Assembly: GCF_040938485.1 (NCBI RefSeq)
Contig: NW_027271264.1
Span: 620,001-684,000 of the forward strand
DNA: 64,000 nucleotides
Direction of reading: 5' to 3'
From: Diadema antillarum
Taxonomy: Eukaryota
Notes under the pieces: model-generated
What the model was told of the DNA's origin: nothing
The model's database searches: none
What the model saw: only the letters and a program-made list of their open reading frames with translations
Part shown: positions 41,445-54,337 of the stretch, piece by piece
Layout of the letters: every line of letters starts with the position of its first letter
Numbering within the stretch: the stretch's first letter is position 1
Translations under genes and position numbers: made by a program

Positions 41445-42523
41445 GCTATCCGATTGATCGATTGCCCATCACCTGACATTTAGTTAAAAGTTCCATCTCA
41501 CACTGTGGCTGTCAGCCGTGCAAGTTTATTTGAGCAAAAATGGATAGCGCATGGCAGACATCACCCATTTCCATTGACTCCTGTGTTGAACTCACGATTG
41601 ACTCAAAGTTTTTGTTCCATCACACGGCTCTGAAGTCACAATTAACAAACATTTGCCGTGCACACTCTACAATATTACAAGCGCGCTTTAATACAAACAC
41701 GTACTTTTGTCACTCATTTTTGTAAACAACTTCAACTGATCGGCTTCGCGTATGTATGTACATGGTGACTTTGACTGTGAAGCTACTCATTCGTCTTTCA
41801 TGGAAAATGGTTCCATTTCTGTGCTAAATTCAAGAATCTGTGTGGATCACATCTGTTGACGTTTGAGGTGTTGTATAAAACAAATAGTGCATGGTCTTTA
41901 CTCATGCATTGGAACAAGATTTCGCACTCGGTGAAAGATGAGCCTCATTGAATAAAGCGCCTCTATCTTTCACCTCATGCGAAATCTTGTACCATCACAC
42001 TTGTGACCATTCACTATTTGTATACAACACTTTAAAAGATTCTAGCTGTATGATTAGTCAATCGCTCATCACGACATGCAGTTAAATGTACTATTGCACA
42101 CTCTGTCAGCCATACAAATTTTTTTGAGCAAAAATGGACAGCATACAGCTAACGTCACCAATTTCCATCTTACTCCCATACTAAACTCATGATCAACTTT
42201 TAATTTTTGTTCCATTTTGTTCCATTGCACAGCTCTGATGTCTCAATAAACGAACCTTTGCTGTACATGCTCAATCAGTTGCAAGTGCGCATTCAGTCAC
42301 TCATTTTACTGTCAATTTCAACTGATCAGTTTTGTGTACAACTGACTGTGACTGTGCCACTCATTTGTCTTTCGAGGCAAAAATGGTCGCCACTTCTGTA
42401 CTAAATGCAAGAATCTGTTTGGATATGTTGACGTCTGATGTGTTGTATAAAACATAATAGTGTATGGCCTTTACTCGTGCAATGGAACAAGATATTGCGC
42501 TCGTGACCATTCACTAGTTGTAT
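41445..42523. mobile_element. Head-to-tail pair of diverged Crypton-like elements
   Basis: Copy 1 (~41445-42035) and copy 2 (~42046-42523) share TTTGAGCAAAAATGG, CAAGAATCTG and TGTTGTATAAAACA landmarks. Copy 1 ends in a nested hairpin (41868-42030); copy 2 lacks the inner hairpin. The Crypton call is inference from architecture. Confidence 0.6.
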
Positions 42524-43117
42524 GTATATCATCACATCCTGGTAGAGTGAGTCTTGCTGCATAGAGAGAACACTGCATAAAGCTGGTAATTGACATTCAC
42601 ACGCTGAATAGTGGAATCAATAATCTAAACAATTGAGGAAATGGGAAAAGCAATTGAAATTCTTTGGACTCTAAGTGACAGTGAAATGGTTTTAGGATTT
42701 CTATCACAAGAGAGGAATTCTCCTCTTTGTCAAAAGCCACTGTTCATTTCTCTCTCTCCCTTGATCTGATCTCTCTCCCTTGATCTGATCTCTCTCCCTC
42801 TCTTCCTCTTACTCCCTCCCCCTCTCCATTTCAAAAAAGCATAAAACCCAAACTTTGGTGCTACAGCAACACCACAGGTATACTAAAATCATCCTACATT
42901 AACACTTTCTTTAAAGAGGCATCTCATTTTTCAAAAATGTTCTCAAAATAAACCTATTAACACACCTCTTGCCCCATCACATATATTTGGATCTTTTCAT
43001 AAAGTAAGCAATTTCACTTTTAAAAATACAAACAAACTCATACCTGTACTTTTATCAGTGCCTCATATTTGATCCTTTAAGATGTTTGTAATCTTCAAAG
43101 TTTTAAACTTTGATTAT

Positions 43118-43343
43118 TGCCGTATAAGCTGTTAATTTCGCGCGCAGATATTTTCTCGAATGAGGAGGTCGTGGACATTTTGGCGAGATGTTGTTTTTAC
43201 GAATTGACAGAAAGCTGTCACAAGTGCACTATTACACCAGTACATGGGCCCCATTTTCACGTGTTGCTAAATTTGCAGTCCAACAGTGATTCGCAAAATT
43301 CACGAAATTTAAACCCTCACGAAAATAACAGCTAAATACAGTA
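43118..43343. mobile_element. CTGTA...TACAG MITE, subfamily E
   Basis: CCGTATAAGCTGTTAATTTCGCG...CGAAAATAACAGCTAAATACAGTA. Confidence 0.75.
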
Positions 43344-44605
43344 GCTTGTAGTTTTAAACTACAAGCTCATCATTGAAGATTGAAACTTTGAGCTAATCTT
43401 CAAGTTTAGGAACATTGTGTGAACGTAACTAATGATGGGCTTATGAGATAAGCTGTAGCACCACGCCCCAGACATCTAAAAACTGCACTATTCAGCATTT
43501 ACAAGCTGCATAAAAAGTTGAGGGGTGATGTATATCCAACTGATGAGATGAGACGTGTACTGTTGACTTCCTGTCTACTTCAGAGGAAAAGCAAAGGAGG
43601 GAAGTGGGGGAGAAACAAGCACTCAATCAAAGATTTCCAGATCCAAGCCATCTGCTCACAGATTCTTGATTTATCGGACAATTTCTATCTGGATTCAGAT
43701 CCATTATGTGAGCGGAACTGGATGTGGAAGGAGGGGGGGGGGGGGTGGGGAAGGGGAAGGAGGATGAGGGGGAATTTTGCACTTGGAATGCTTTATCAAT
43801 CACGCCAGGAAACAAATATTGGATTGCTCAATCAAGGATGCCTGAACAGCCATTTTAAGATTCTTGCGTTGGTTGGGAAGGAGGTTCTACGAGCCCGCCA
43901 GCCAGCCAGGCAGCCTCAGTCACTCGATGACGAAGGAGCAAAGCCAGAGTAACAGGATTTGTTGACGACTGAGTTAGAAAACGTGTTTGCACGAGGGTTT
44001 ATACCGCATGGGCACCTCCACGCATTAGCTGTATGTCATGTTATTGTCTGAGCTTCTCAATGCAAAATAACATGCGGCTGCTAAAATGTCTGACGGGAAT
44101 TACTCTGGAAAAAGATGCGAGCATCTCAAGTCAGATAGTGCAGATCTTGTGCGAGTGTGTATGTGTGTGTGTTTAACCTATCCAATATTACTTGCTTTAC
44201 CAGCAATGTCTCCGACAAATTATGTTCAACGTATGTCAATTGGTGTCACCAATAAGATCTCTTTACAATTTTTGTTGTTCCCGGAAGGAAACAGAGAATT
44301 AAAAAAAAATATTCTTCAACACACTCAAATTGTACTGAAAGCGATTAGAGGACTGGTCTTGGAACCTATTTCCCCACACCACCTCTCAAGGTCCAATCCA
44401 CTGTGTACAGAACCCACTGCATTACCATAAGCAAAGGTTTAAAATCTAAGGCACTAACGTAATAACAAGGCTGCCAGCACCTGAAGATCCAAAACAAACT
44501 GAAGCACAGAAAAAAGAAAAATACTTTTTTAAGGTAAAAAATCATTTTTTAGGGCAAAAATCACATTCTGGTGTAAAAAATAGGAAAAAGAAAAAATGCA
44601 CATAC

Positions 44606-45262
44606 CGTAGGCGGTCATCCAAACCGTTGTATATCCCAATTTTCCATCAAATTTTCGATTTTGAGATTTCCAGTCATTTCGATAGTGGACATTCCGTTAT
44701 ACATACTGTGAAATTTTTAGTTTCTAATTTTATGTAATTTTTGGTGTAATTATTATTTTTATAGAGCCTTGTCATTTCATTTTGTTCATTTCCCCGATGG
44801 TGCGCGTATTAAAAAACAATGATATGCCGTCCTCTCCTATATACAACGGTTTGGATGACCGCAAACACGGTGCGTGCGGTCACAAACCTTCGTATGTCGC
44901 GCACATTGACTTGGCGCATAATAGAAGTGATATATGAAAGTTCGGTGACCACAAGTACTGTGAGCACGGTCAACAAAACTGTCGTATACATGGTAAATGA
45001 CAACAGTCTTCACAAACCGAAAAAACATGCATGTCGCTCTCTTGCGATTTCTTGCATAATTCCTAACAATACAATTCAACAAAGACATCACATGTTAGAG
45101 TAAGAATTAAAGTCTGACGTGTTACAATAAAAAATAATTGGAAATGCCAGTAATAAAAGAGTGCCATAATGATTGAAAAATGGGTAAACTTCCACGCGAT
45201 TATCTCGAAATGTCATTCTTGCGCGTAAATTGCATATACAACAGTTCTGATAAACGCTGACG
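44606..45262. mobile_element. Short degenerate relative of the 51291-59949 Sola1-like element
   Basis: Left end CGTAGGCGGTCATCCAAACCGTTGTATAT resembles the large element's TIR. The right end reverse-complements to CGTCAGCGTTTATCAGAACTGTTGTATAT. Flanks are ATAC/ATAA; inverted motif pair at ~44839-44900. Confidence 0.7.
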
Positions 45263-46549
45263 ATAATAAGCACACTAATTCAAATTTCCAGAAGAGCATA
45301 TTTTCATTTAACAATTTTTGAAATTAATTGGAATAAGTTGAACAAGTCTTTGCTTAGGCTTTGTGGTTGTCAAAAATAACTCTTACTGGAAAGATATGCT
45401 AAAGTACGTTAGTTAAGCAGTCTAGTACTTGTTGCAATGAAGAAAAAAAAAGTGAGCTAAAAATTGTCACTGTTTTTTTTTTTAATGCAAGAGCAATCTA
45501 ATTTAATAATCCTTACCTGCACATCTGCAGTGATGTTTTATTCTAATTCTCATTCAAAGCAAACATGAGATTATTTGGGGTCACCAAAACTTCAAATTTA
45601 AAGATTTTAATGGTCCCAAAGGGCTACTAGAAAATAGATTTTTAAAAAAGTTAATGCCGCCCCCTCGATATATAAATATATACTACCCAAAACACAATTT
45701 CTTGATGTCACAAATCTCTGTTTCTCCTTTAACATCTCTTCTTAAAAAAAAAAGAAACCCCCTAAATTTCCTCCAAGGAAGCTAAGGAGCAAAAATTTAA
45801 GGAGTACGGACCATTAACTCTGCAGAAATTGGTGACAAGTGAAATGTCTTTGGACGAAGCTTCCACTGTGTAAAAACAGCAAATATTTGTCCAGCCAATC
45901 GGGCGTAAACGGAAACACCCCGGCCGCAAGTGCGTAGTGTGCACTCCACACTTCAGATTCCTGATCCACTCAAACATGAACTGAAAGACGGCGGATGACA
46001 GGACAGCGTTTTCCTCCTTTCTTAAATTTTGGCCGAGACTGCTACCTATGGTGTCCTCGTCACATCTTGTGACATATTACCCAACAAAAAAAAAATTGTG
46101 AGCCCCTCCTTAAACAAACGAACAAGAAAAAAGGAAAATCCTGAAAAGGCATAGCCTTCTTTCTTTCTGATAGATTATCAGAGCAAGCATAGAGTAATTG
46201 GAAAAGATGTTAACATAACCAAACATTAAATGTCAAGGAACAAGTTAGAATACATAACAACTTAGGTGCAATGCATACACATTTCTTGACATGCGATGCT
46301 CATACACTTTTAACAATGCATGCAAGGAGGGATGTTACGGCTAAAACACTTACTTTGGCATTACACAATCACTAAAACAAAAACAAAAAAATCACAGGAC
46401 TGCTTGAAATTAAACTTACAAGAAAATATTGATTTTAGTCTATCATATCCATCCTGCAGTAATGAAGGTCTATGGCATTCTGGTTCAGAATGAGAGCATA
46501 TTCACACCCAGTATTTACAAATCTTACTATGTTGGCATATAAATCAAAT

Positions 46550-46595
<46 letters not shown>

Positions 46596-46643
46596 ATGTG
46601 CGTGTGTTTGTGTGTGTGTGTGAAGACAGAGAGAATAAAATGG

Positions 46644-46722
<79 letters not shown>
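46550..46722. repeat. Compound (GT)n-(TA)n-(GT)n microsatellite
   Basis: Direct reading; it explains the CV/HT/YI ORFs here. Confidence 0.95.
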
Positions 46723-46724
<2 letters not shown>

Positions 46725-48305
46725 CACTTGGTGAATAATGTACAATGTTTGTGTATAATGCAGTTTGTCTTTGTATGATGTTTTGATTTTGTTTCTGTGA
46801 ACGTTTCTGTGTCTGTGATATGAAATTGAACGAAATTCGAAGAAAGAATTATCCAAAAAATAAAAAATAAAAGATATGTACTATTTTTCATCTGGTGCAA
46901 CAAGAACATTATCTGCATAAAAATCTACTTAGTCTGTTTATCATTTTGCCAGCCGTGGGATGCACGTTTGTTGGAGGGGAAAAAAAAAAACCTTGCTTAA
47001 GTTTTACATCAGCTTTACACCCTCCCGACTGAATGTCTCGGATTTCTCTCTTTGATGTTTTAAATCATTTACTTAGCCACATAAGCTCCTTAAATGTAAT
47101 ATACATGTAGATGTTGTGCCATGTTGAATATCGCCTACGGCCATGATAATCAGATAGAAGGACTTTCCGAAGCTGGATTTGAGCTAGGCTCTGCACCAGG
47201 AGACAAACAGCCGCATCAATGTCGGCGAACAAAATCAACACTCAGATTCTCAGATTCTGAGCACAAACCTCAACTATATTGTCTCTATGGAGCATTTAAT
47301 TACTTCAGTTTAGTTCAACCCCTTTTGACTTTTTTCCACTAAATGAACCTCAAAATAAAAGAACCTCAATGAAAAAACAACAACAAAGAAACAACACAAG
47401 AATCTGAAGACTTGTTTTCATGACTACAACACAGCTCAAGTGCGTGTATTTCAAAAAATAAAATCAGTAAATAATAAGCAAAACGTAGGAACCCACCAGG
47501 GCAGTGCCTTAACTGTTAATTATGGAAAACAAATAAACATATCTGCTTCAGTCATTTCACTATGTTCTATTACTGACAATCTAACAATTTTCACATCAAA
47601 ATATAAATAAGAGTACTATAAGAATAAAGAATACTTAGAAGAAATAGTCTATAGCTATGTGTAAACACAAACATATGTTTCATTGTTTCTGAAGTAACAG
47701 GCGGAGGAGCCTTTATCAATAAGCAATTATCTAAAGTCATATTGATACCTCTGGTTCTCTCTCCAGCTCTCAGAGTCACGCAAGAATTTCACGCTTCTCA
47801 GAGATCTCTCATTCACGGGAATCGCATTACTCCAGTGCGTGCGACCGCTTCTTGTCCTTGCACTCCGATTACCATCTCGTGGTCTCGGCGGGTCGACCAC
47901 TTGACTCCGTGGTTTCGACAGCAGACGTGACGGCGCAAGAACACACGCGAGTAGCCCCCCGTCTGAGGTTTGTCGATTTGGGGGGGAAAGATTTCTCCCT
48001 GGCAAGTGAATCCTTTAGGCCAAGTGCCTTGCTTTGATACGATCCACCCTTACCGCAAAGCATCGCATCCTGTGGACTCTACCTTGGTGCACGCTTGCTC
48101 AGTAAGCTTGGGGGGGGGGGGGGGGGGGGAAAGGTGTCTGTGACAAAATGATGCAATCCTTATCTTCTTAATATAATGAATGTCAGTCCTTGAATCAACT
48201 GCCAATCATAGACCCCACCTGTATTTCTTTAATAATGACTGTGATTTGAGCAATTTTTGTGCAAAATCACAGTCAGATAGACAGTGTAGTAAACAAGAGA
48301 TGGGA

Positions 48306-48490
48306 GATCTGGGCACTGCTTCATGAAAATTGTCAGCCCATACAAGTTCTAAGTCTCTAACAATTACCTTGGTAACAGTCAGTGACCAGAACTTCTCAGC
48401 CAATTAAAACCAAGGGTTTTATAATACTGAAGTTGTCAGAGACTGACAACTTGTCAGGGCTGACAACTTTCATGAAACAGTGCCCAGATC
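48306..48490. mobile_element. Harbinger-like MITE
   Basis: ~33-bp TIR GATCTGGGCACTGCTTCATGAAAATTGTCAGCC / GGCTGACAACTTTCATGAAACAGTGCCCAGATC. Confidence 0.85.
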
Positions 48491-50078
48491 ACCCCTAATT
48501 AAGTTTGGAGATCCAGGTCACTTGACAGGATCATGATTAGACCAGTCTCCAATTTTTATGCTGAGAGTTTTAAAGAAAGGTCTGGACTTGAAGGAATACA
48601 TACCATTCATCATGCAAAGATGCTCAAAAGGGCATTGCTGGTGTTGCTTGCGTTGCTTGCGTTGCTGGCATCGCTGGCCGGAAGGACAACAATGAACTTT
48701 ACACCTCTAGGCAGCTCAACTCCGCTGACAACATTGTCCTCACCCTGTGGGGGCTTTTAATGTGCGTGCATGATTTATTCCAGCATGTGAAGATATTATC
48801 CTAAGAGGATCCAAGCCATGTTCAGCTCCAATACAGACACCTGCCACACAGAATTGACTTGTATTCATGCTTCAGGGTTACCATTCTCATGTCTTTGCTC
48901 TATAAGCAAAAAGTCTAAAGTCTCCCATTGATCTATACGCAAATCTTTCTCCGCTAGATTTCCTCATTTTGCAGTTGCTAAATCATCAACCAGAAACATG
49001 GTTTTGATAACCTTTTCGTGCACAAACAAACAAGAGACTTGCGAGGTGATAACATCCTCCATATCCTCAAATTTCCATGTTTTCTATGAAAACATGTGAA
49101 ACATGTGAAACTATACAATATCACAACTTCCTACTTTTGCACCCAAATTCATCAAATTTCAATCTCTCTTTTTATTTTTGGCCTTGATTTCACTTTGTTT
49201 ATCACAGCCAACTTGATCATGGCTTGGAACTGCAAATTCTTAGGCAATATGCCCGTTGCACTGGAATGCAATAGCGAGAAATTATAGTAATTAGGGGGAA
49301 AAATGAACTGAAATTTGATCTAGAGGAAGATGAAGAGCAGCATGATTTCCTGGTAGACAGCATTGTTATACCTTCATTAGGAGTCCCCAGGATATATAGA
49401 GGAAAAGTTTGATTACTGCGTAAACACCACTTAACACCAGACGGAACAGCGAGGGTCAACACAGAAGAGTAGTAATTCAAACTTAATGACCATCAGCGGC
49501 GGCGCAGCACTCCTCGTTAAAGGTCAACATCTATTGTTTCTCGTTAGCTACCCACGAAGAGGTGAGGCTTTAATGTGCAAATTATCCCCCTCATCCGATC
49601 AGTTATGAAGGAGGAACTCGTCTACCGCGACATGGGGGCGGTCTTGAGATAGGTGCTGGGAAGCACACATATGGTCGGATGCTATTTTGTGGTAGCTGGT
49701 TGTGGGATGCTGCGGATTACTGGGATTGTAAGGAGAATGGAGGCTTGATCGGGCTCTTATTTGTTTCCTGGAAAATGTAACAAACTTTGAGAGCTTGATA
49801 ATGTGATACTGAAAACACTTAAATTTCCAGCAAAATTGGTATGCCAAAGCCACAAACGTGGAGGTGTTGTGGTCCTGTTGACTGTGGTTTACGTTAAAAA
49901 TCAGTAGGTGCACAGTTCAAGCCCTGTCTTTGCACACATTAACAATACGTTTTGCCAGCACAGCTATTTCTCTTATTTGGGTTGTTGCTGTAGTATTAAA
50001 CAACAATAATAGAAATTGCCGAGCGTTTCAAACACCTTAATAGCCGCGATCACACTGGCAATAGATCGCAAAGTTTAA

Positions 50079-50163
50079 CCCGCTGAGGATGGACTGATTT
50101 TGCTACGCCACGCATTTCCCATAGATACCTGCCCGAGTATACTCGGGACTTGTCCTAAATGGG
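50079..50163. mobile_element. piggyBac-like MITE nested in the left TIR region of 50042
   Basis: TTAA-CCCGCTGAGGA...GTCCTAAATGGG-TTAA; homologous to 22061. The host's opposite end has a single TTAA at the equivalent position. Confidence 0.9.
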
Positions 50164-50544
50164 TTAAGATCGCAATCTTTCAGATTTTGAAGTTTTACCA
50201 GTGTTACCGCAAACTTCCCGCCAAACTTCTTGCGAAACTTTCCACTCCAACTAGGAATATTTCCCCTACCTCCGCCAAACTTCTCAATCTTTTGCCAGCG
50301 TGATCACTAGAAACTGAAACTTTGCGATCTCTGTCACGTGACCAGTCAACCACCTGTTTGCAGGCAGTACCTCTAAAGCACACGGTCATTGTGATGAACA
50401 GGAGTGTATTGTGACATAACAATCACCAGCTGTCAGACGGTGTACTCTTTCTTGCACAAGCGTACTAGTGACCCACACTTCTTGATCCAAAGATCGAGAA
50501 GTTTGGCTGCCTCTGTGACTAGACGACAAAAGATCTTGAAAACT

Positions 50545-50709
50545 CAGGCGCGGATCCAGGAATTCTGTAAAGGGCGGGGGACTCAAGTAACATTTCTGGT
50601 GCCACTTCCGGGTTTCATTTCATTTTTTCTTTTTATTTTTTTTGTTTTTAACAAAAAAAAATAAAGGGGGGGCATGTGCCGGTTGTGCCCCCCTCTGGAT
50701 CCGCCAGTG
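50545..50709. mobile_element. hAT-like MITE (CAGGCGCGGATCC...GGATCCGCCAGTG) nested in 50042
   Basis: Imperfect TIR with GGATCC; it interrupts the host's right terminal repeat. Possible degenerate duplication AAAACT/AAGATT. Confidence 0.75.
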
Positions 50710-51557
50710 AAGATTTCACGATCTTAAACTTCTTGATCTTTTGCCAATGTGACCGCGGCTATTGATACAGGTACCTTGGTACATGCATGAACCTGTTAAG
50801 TGGCAGGCTGGCCTGGAATCCACTCACAAAGTGAATGAGTGTCATGCAGGTTCAGGTTTGATTCAAGTGACTAGGGCAATAAAATGCATTAGCTAGAACA
50901 TTCTACAAGCAACAGCATGATTTTGACTGTCCACTGTCATTCATTTGAATAATTCATGTCATTGCAATGACCATCAATATTGCCAATATTAATATCAATA
51001 GTACCACTGTCATTATTATTCTTGATATCATCATTACTATTAAAATTATATTGGTAACTGTTTACCGGTACATCATTATCACTAGATGTTTGTAGTTGTT
51101 TATGTAATAGAAAAAATTTCTATTGATGTAATCATTCTCATGATGGAATACATTTATGGTATGTCATGTATGACAGACATTTAACATGGCAACTGGGGAA
51201 ATATCACTTCTCTCTTTCTATCAAATCCATCACCCCACCCCCTCCTCGCTTACGGCAATACTTCATGAAAAATGGATCTACATGATAAATCGTCGGCGAC
51301 CATCCGAACCGTCGTATCTGTCAGCGGCGTGCGAGAACACGTTTTCGAGAAAAACGCGTTTGAAGTTTGGTGGTCCTTTGAAGTCTAGTGTAAAGAAATT
51401 TCTTGCTTTTATTCCCGATCTTTTTATATGAAAAGAAAGGCAAATTCCAGACGATTCGTATAATATATGTATTTAAAATCATGTATGAATAAAACTAATG
51501 CTACGTTCACAAAAAGAAAGGCCTCCGCACAGGAAGAGTCGAAAAACAGGTATACAA

Positions 51558-51663
51558 CGGTTCGGAGATCGCACTCTCAGTACGCGCGGTCATCCGAACT
51601 GACGTATCGGGGTGATACGTCAGTTTGCTGAACGCGCGTACCGAAAGTGCGATCTCCGAACCG
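51558..51663. repeat. Subterminal ~105-bp palindrome built from TIR-core motifs
   Basis: CGGTTCGGAGATCGCACT...AACTGACGTATC / GATACGTCAGTT...AGTGCGATCTCCGAACCG. Confidence 0.85.
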
Positions 51664-53604
51664 ACGTATCCTATTCTTATAACACGCGCGTCTATGCGAT
51701 ATGCATGGTTACGTGGTATTTATCTGTAAAACGAGTGATTTCGTGCATATTTTTGTGTAAATGCAACTATTCTGTGTCATAATTTCATAAGATGTAGTAC
51801 AAATATGTCCAAGGTCCAGTTTTGTCATGCATGATGAAACACTGGTAGGGGAGGGGGAGATTCCTCTGCAGATTTTTTGTTTGTTTGTTTTGTTTTGTTT
51901 TGTTTTTTGACATGAATTACGCTTCAGGCATCAGACGAGAGTTCCTTTGATGTAAAAAACAAACAAACAGACAGACAAACAAACAATCAAAAAACCCACT
52001 CCATGTTTAGGACACATTATCTTTAATCAGTTTGTATCTAATTTGTATCACGCAAAAAGTGGTTATACATGTATTGTGAAAGAGGTGGGGCCTATGAAAT
52101 TATTGCTTTTTCATTGCAGCCTGCCTCTTCTTTTTCCTCTCATTTCATCTTCTCACTCCTCTCCTCCATGGACCTCTTCTCTTTCCCTTGCAACGCTTTA
52201 ACCCTCTCTCCCACTCTCCAATACTGTAAACAAAAACCAAAATCACACATCCAAGCCTTGCTATTCTTTGTGATAATTCATGCCGCAATCATGACTGCAA
52301 TGACCTAACTTTCATTCTTTCTAAGCTGCCATGATGAATACTGTACATTTTAACCCATGAATAAAGATTTTCTTTTATAGCTTACATGCATGGCAGACAT
52401 AATTCATGATCATTCAGTTGGGTAAAACTCAATTATCAGCTTGCTCATCGGAAATAACATGCAAAAAATTTACTTAGCCACACGTCTGTCTCACATTATT
52501 GTTTTTTTTTTATATAATTATACATGTATATACGTTCAGGACTCTGAAACAGATGCAAATTAATTTTCTACGCAGAAACATCCACACACACAAACATGGA
52601 TTGTACTTGTTCACACAAATAATAAAAGGTGTATTGTCCTACAGACTTAAATGATATTCAAGTAGTACTATGAATATCATTTCACTTCCAATTATATATG
52701 CTGACATTTTAGTGTGCATAATACACTATGATTTCCTCACGATATGAGATCACAGTACATAGAAGAGAAAAACAAAACAAAACAAAGAAAGTGAGTCTTG
52801 AGACAAGGCTGCATTAAAATGCAGCAATATTTATTTCAAAATCAATCCATATCTCACATCCAAAAAGAAAAGAAAAGGAATGAACATGTCCTTAAATACA
52901 ATGGTAAAATTTCATTAAAAATTTCTGAATTTACAGAATGATCAAGATGTCTGTGGTAAAATAGATATTATTCAAATTCATTGATAATGAACATGTCCTT
53001 TAATACAATGGTTACATTTCCTCGAACATTTTTAAATGTACAAATCAAAATGTCTTTGGTTAAATAGATATTGATCTAAATCAATTGTTAAACCGATTTT
53101 AACATGAAAAAATTGTACACAATACAGTTTATATTGAAAAACATTCTGAAACATTCATCAGATGGAAGTAGCTTACAGCAGAAGGCAACTTCCTCCTAAT
53201 ATCAGTGAATCTCTAATAACTCAGGTCTTAGGGCTAAAAAAAAAAAGTACATTGTATGATTTGAGTTGTTATTATGTGCATGTTTGTGATTGTACTTTCA
53301 TTTCGATATAACGGTAATATCTACGCAACGGTCCTACAGAAATCAAATCACATTTGGAAGGAGGAATAAAGCTGTTACATGTACATCTTTCACATGAAAA
53401 AATATGACAATTATTGTTAAAGAAATATCAAAGCTTATTATGATATCATAGAATATTTAATAGCTATAGAATAGACAAATCATAACATGGCGAATTGTGG
53501 TGGGGAGATAGTGCGGAGTGATAAATTATCAAAAATTTGAATACATAGACGAAATTGCTTTTGCATGCACAAACAACTGTAGGCACCATAGGCAAGCAAT
53601 AATT

Positions 53605-53728
53605 AGTGAGAAGTTGGTCAGAGCTGACATTTTGCTGGGATGGAACTGATGGTGCTTCATTGTTCAATTCTGGTACAAAGTGTGTATTGGTATCTCTTGA
53701 ATGCAGTCCATGTCCTTGGTGATGCCCA
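53605..53728 (-). pseudogene. Repeat exon 3f (10-bp insertion, no donor; possibly the terminal exon)
   Basis: Acceptor CATTTCCAG intact; reads VGITKDMDCIQEIPIHTLYQN*. GTGAGT is absent and the sequence runs into AT-rich, UTR-like DNA. Confidence 0.6.
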
Positions 53729-54221
53729 CTGGAAATGAAGAAAACAAAAAGGAAAACAAGATACATATGGTGCATAGATATTACATTTGTTTTATCATAT
53801 TTATCAAAAGACTGAATTTATCATTTCTTTGAAAGGACAAGATGTCATCCAGCTTACAACTCATGGTGGATCCATGCGAGGACATATGGGGTGTAAGATG
53901 CCCTTATTGTTTTTGTTTTTTTGAACAAAATATCAACAGAGAAAACTGGAGGAAGTGCATGTGGTCCCCCCCCCCCCCCCCAGACACACACTTTACAGAA
54001 TTCCTGGACCCACCACTGACAACTGCAAAAAAAAAATAATGGTACATATTAGCCAGGATGCTACATTCTATGCTTGTGTATAGTTGATGTCATTCTTTTT
54101 ATTTGTTATTATATGACAGCAATAGCATCATTTATTCCGGATAATGGTTATTCCAACAAGATTGAGTCAGCAATATCTGGTTGGGTTTCCCGATTAGATT
54201 AAGTGCTTTACAAACACTCAC

Positions 54222-54337
54222 CAGTGAGAAGTTGCAGGTCAGAGATGACATTCTGCGGGATGGATCTGACGGTGCTTCATTGTTCAATACTAGCATTGGT
54301 ATCTCTTGAATGCAGTCCATGTCCTTGGTGATGCCAA
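54222..54337 (-). pseudogene. Repeat exon 3e (116 bp, frameshifted, mosaic of the two subunit types)
   Basis: Splice sites intact; the 5' half is like 3b (TKDMDCI) and the middle like 3a/3c (PMLVLN). Confidence 0.7.

Larger units (their letters stand above)
50042..50760. mobile_element. Harbinger/ISL2EU-like non-autonomous element hosting two nested MITEs
   Basis: TIR AGCCGCGATCACACTGGCAA / TTGCCAATGTGACCGCGGCT with AT on both flanks; homologous, in the opposite orientation, to 61842-62312. Confidence 0.8.

Noticed and set aside
51830-53600. Searched for further exons or a transposase catalytic remnant in the large element
   Set aside because: AT-rich, with no acceptor/donor pair enclosing a plausible frame; none reported.
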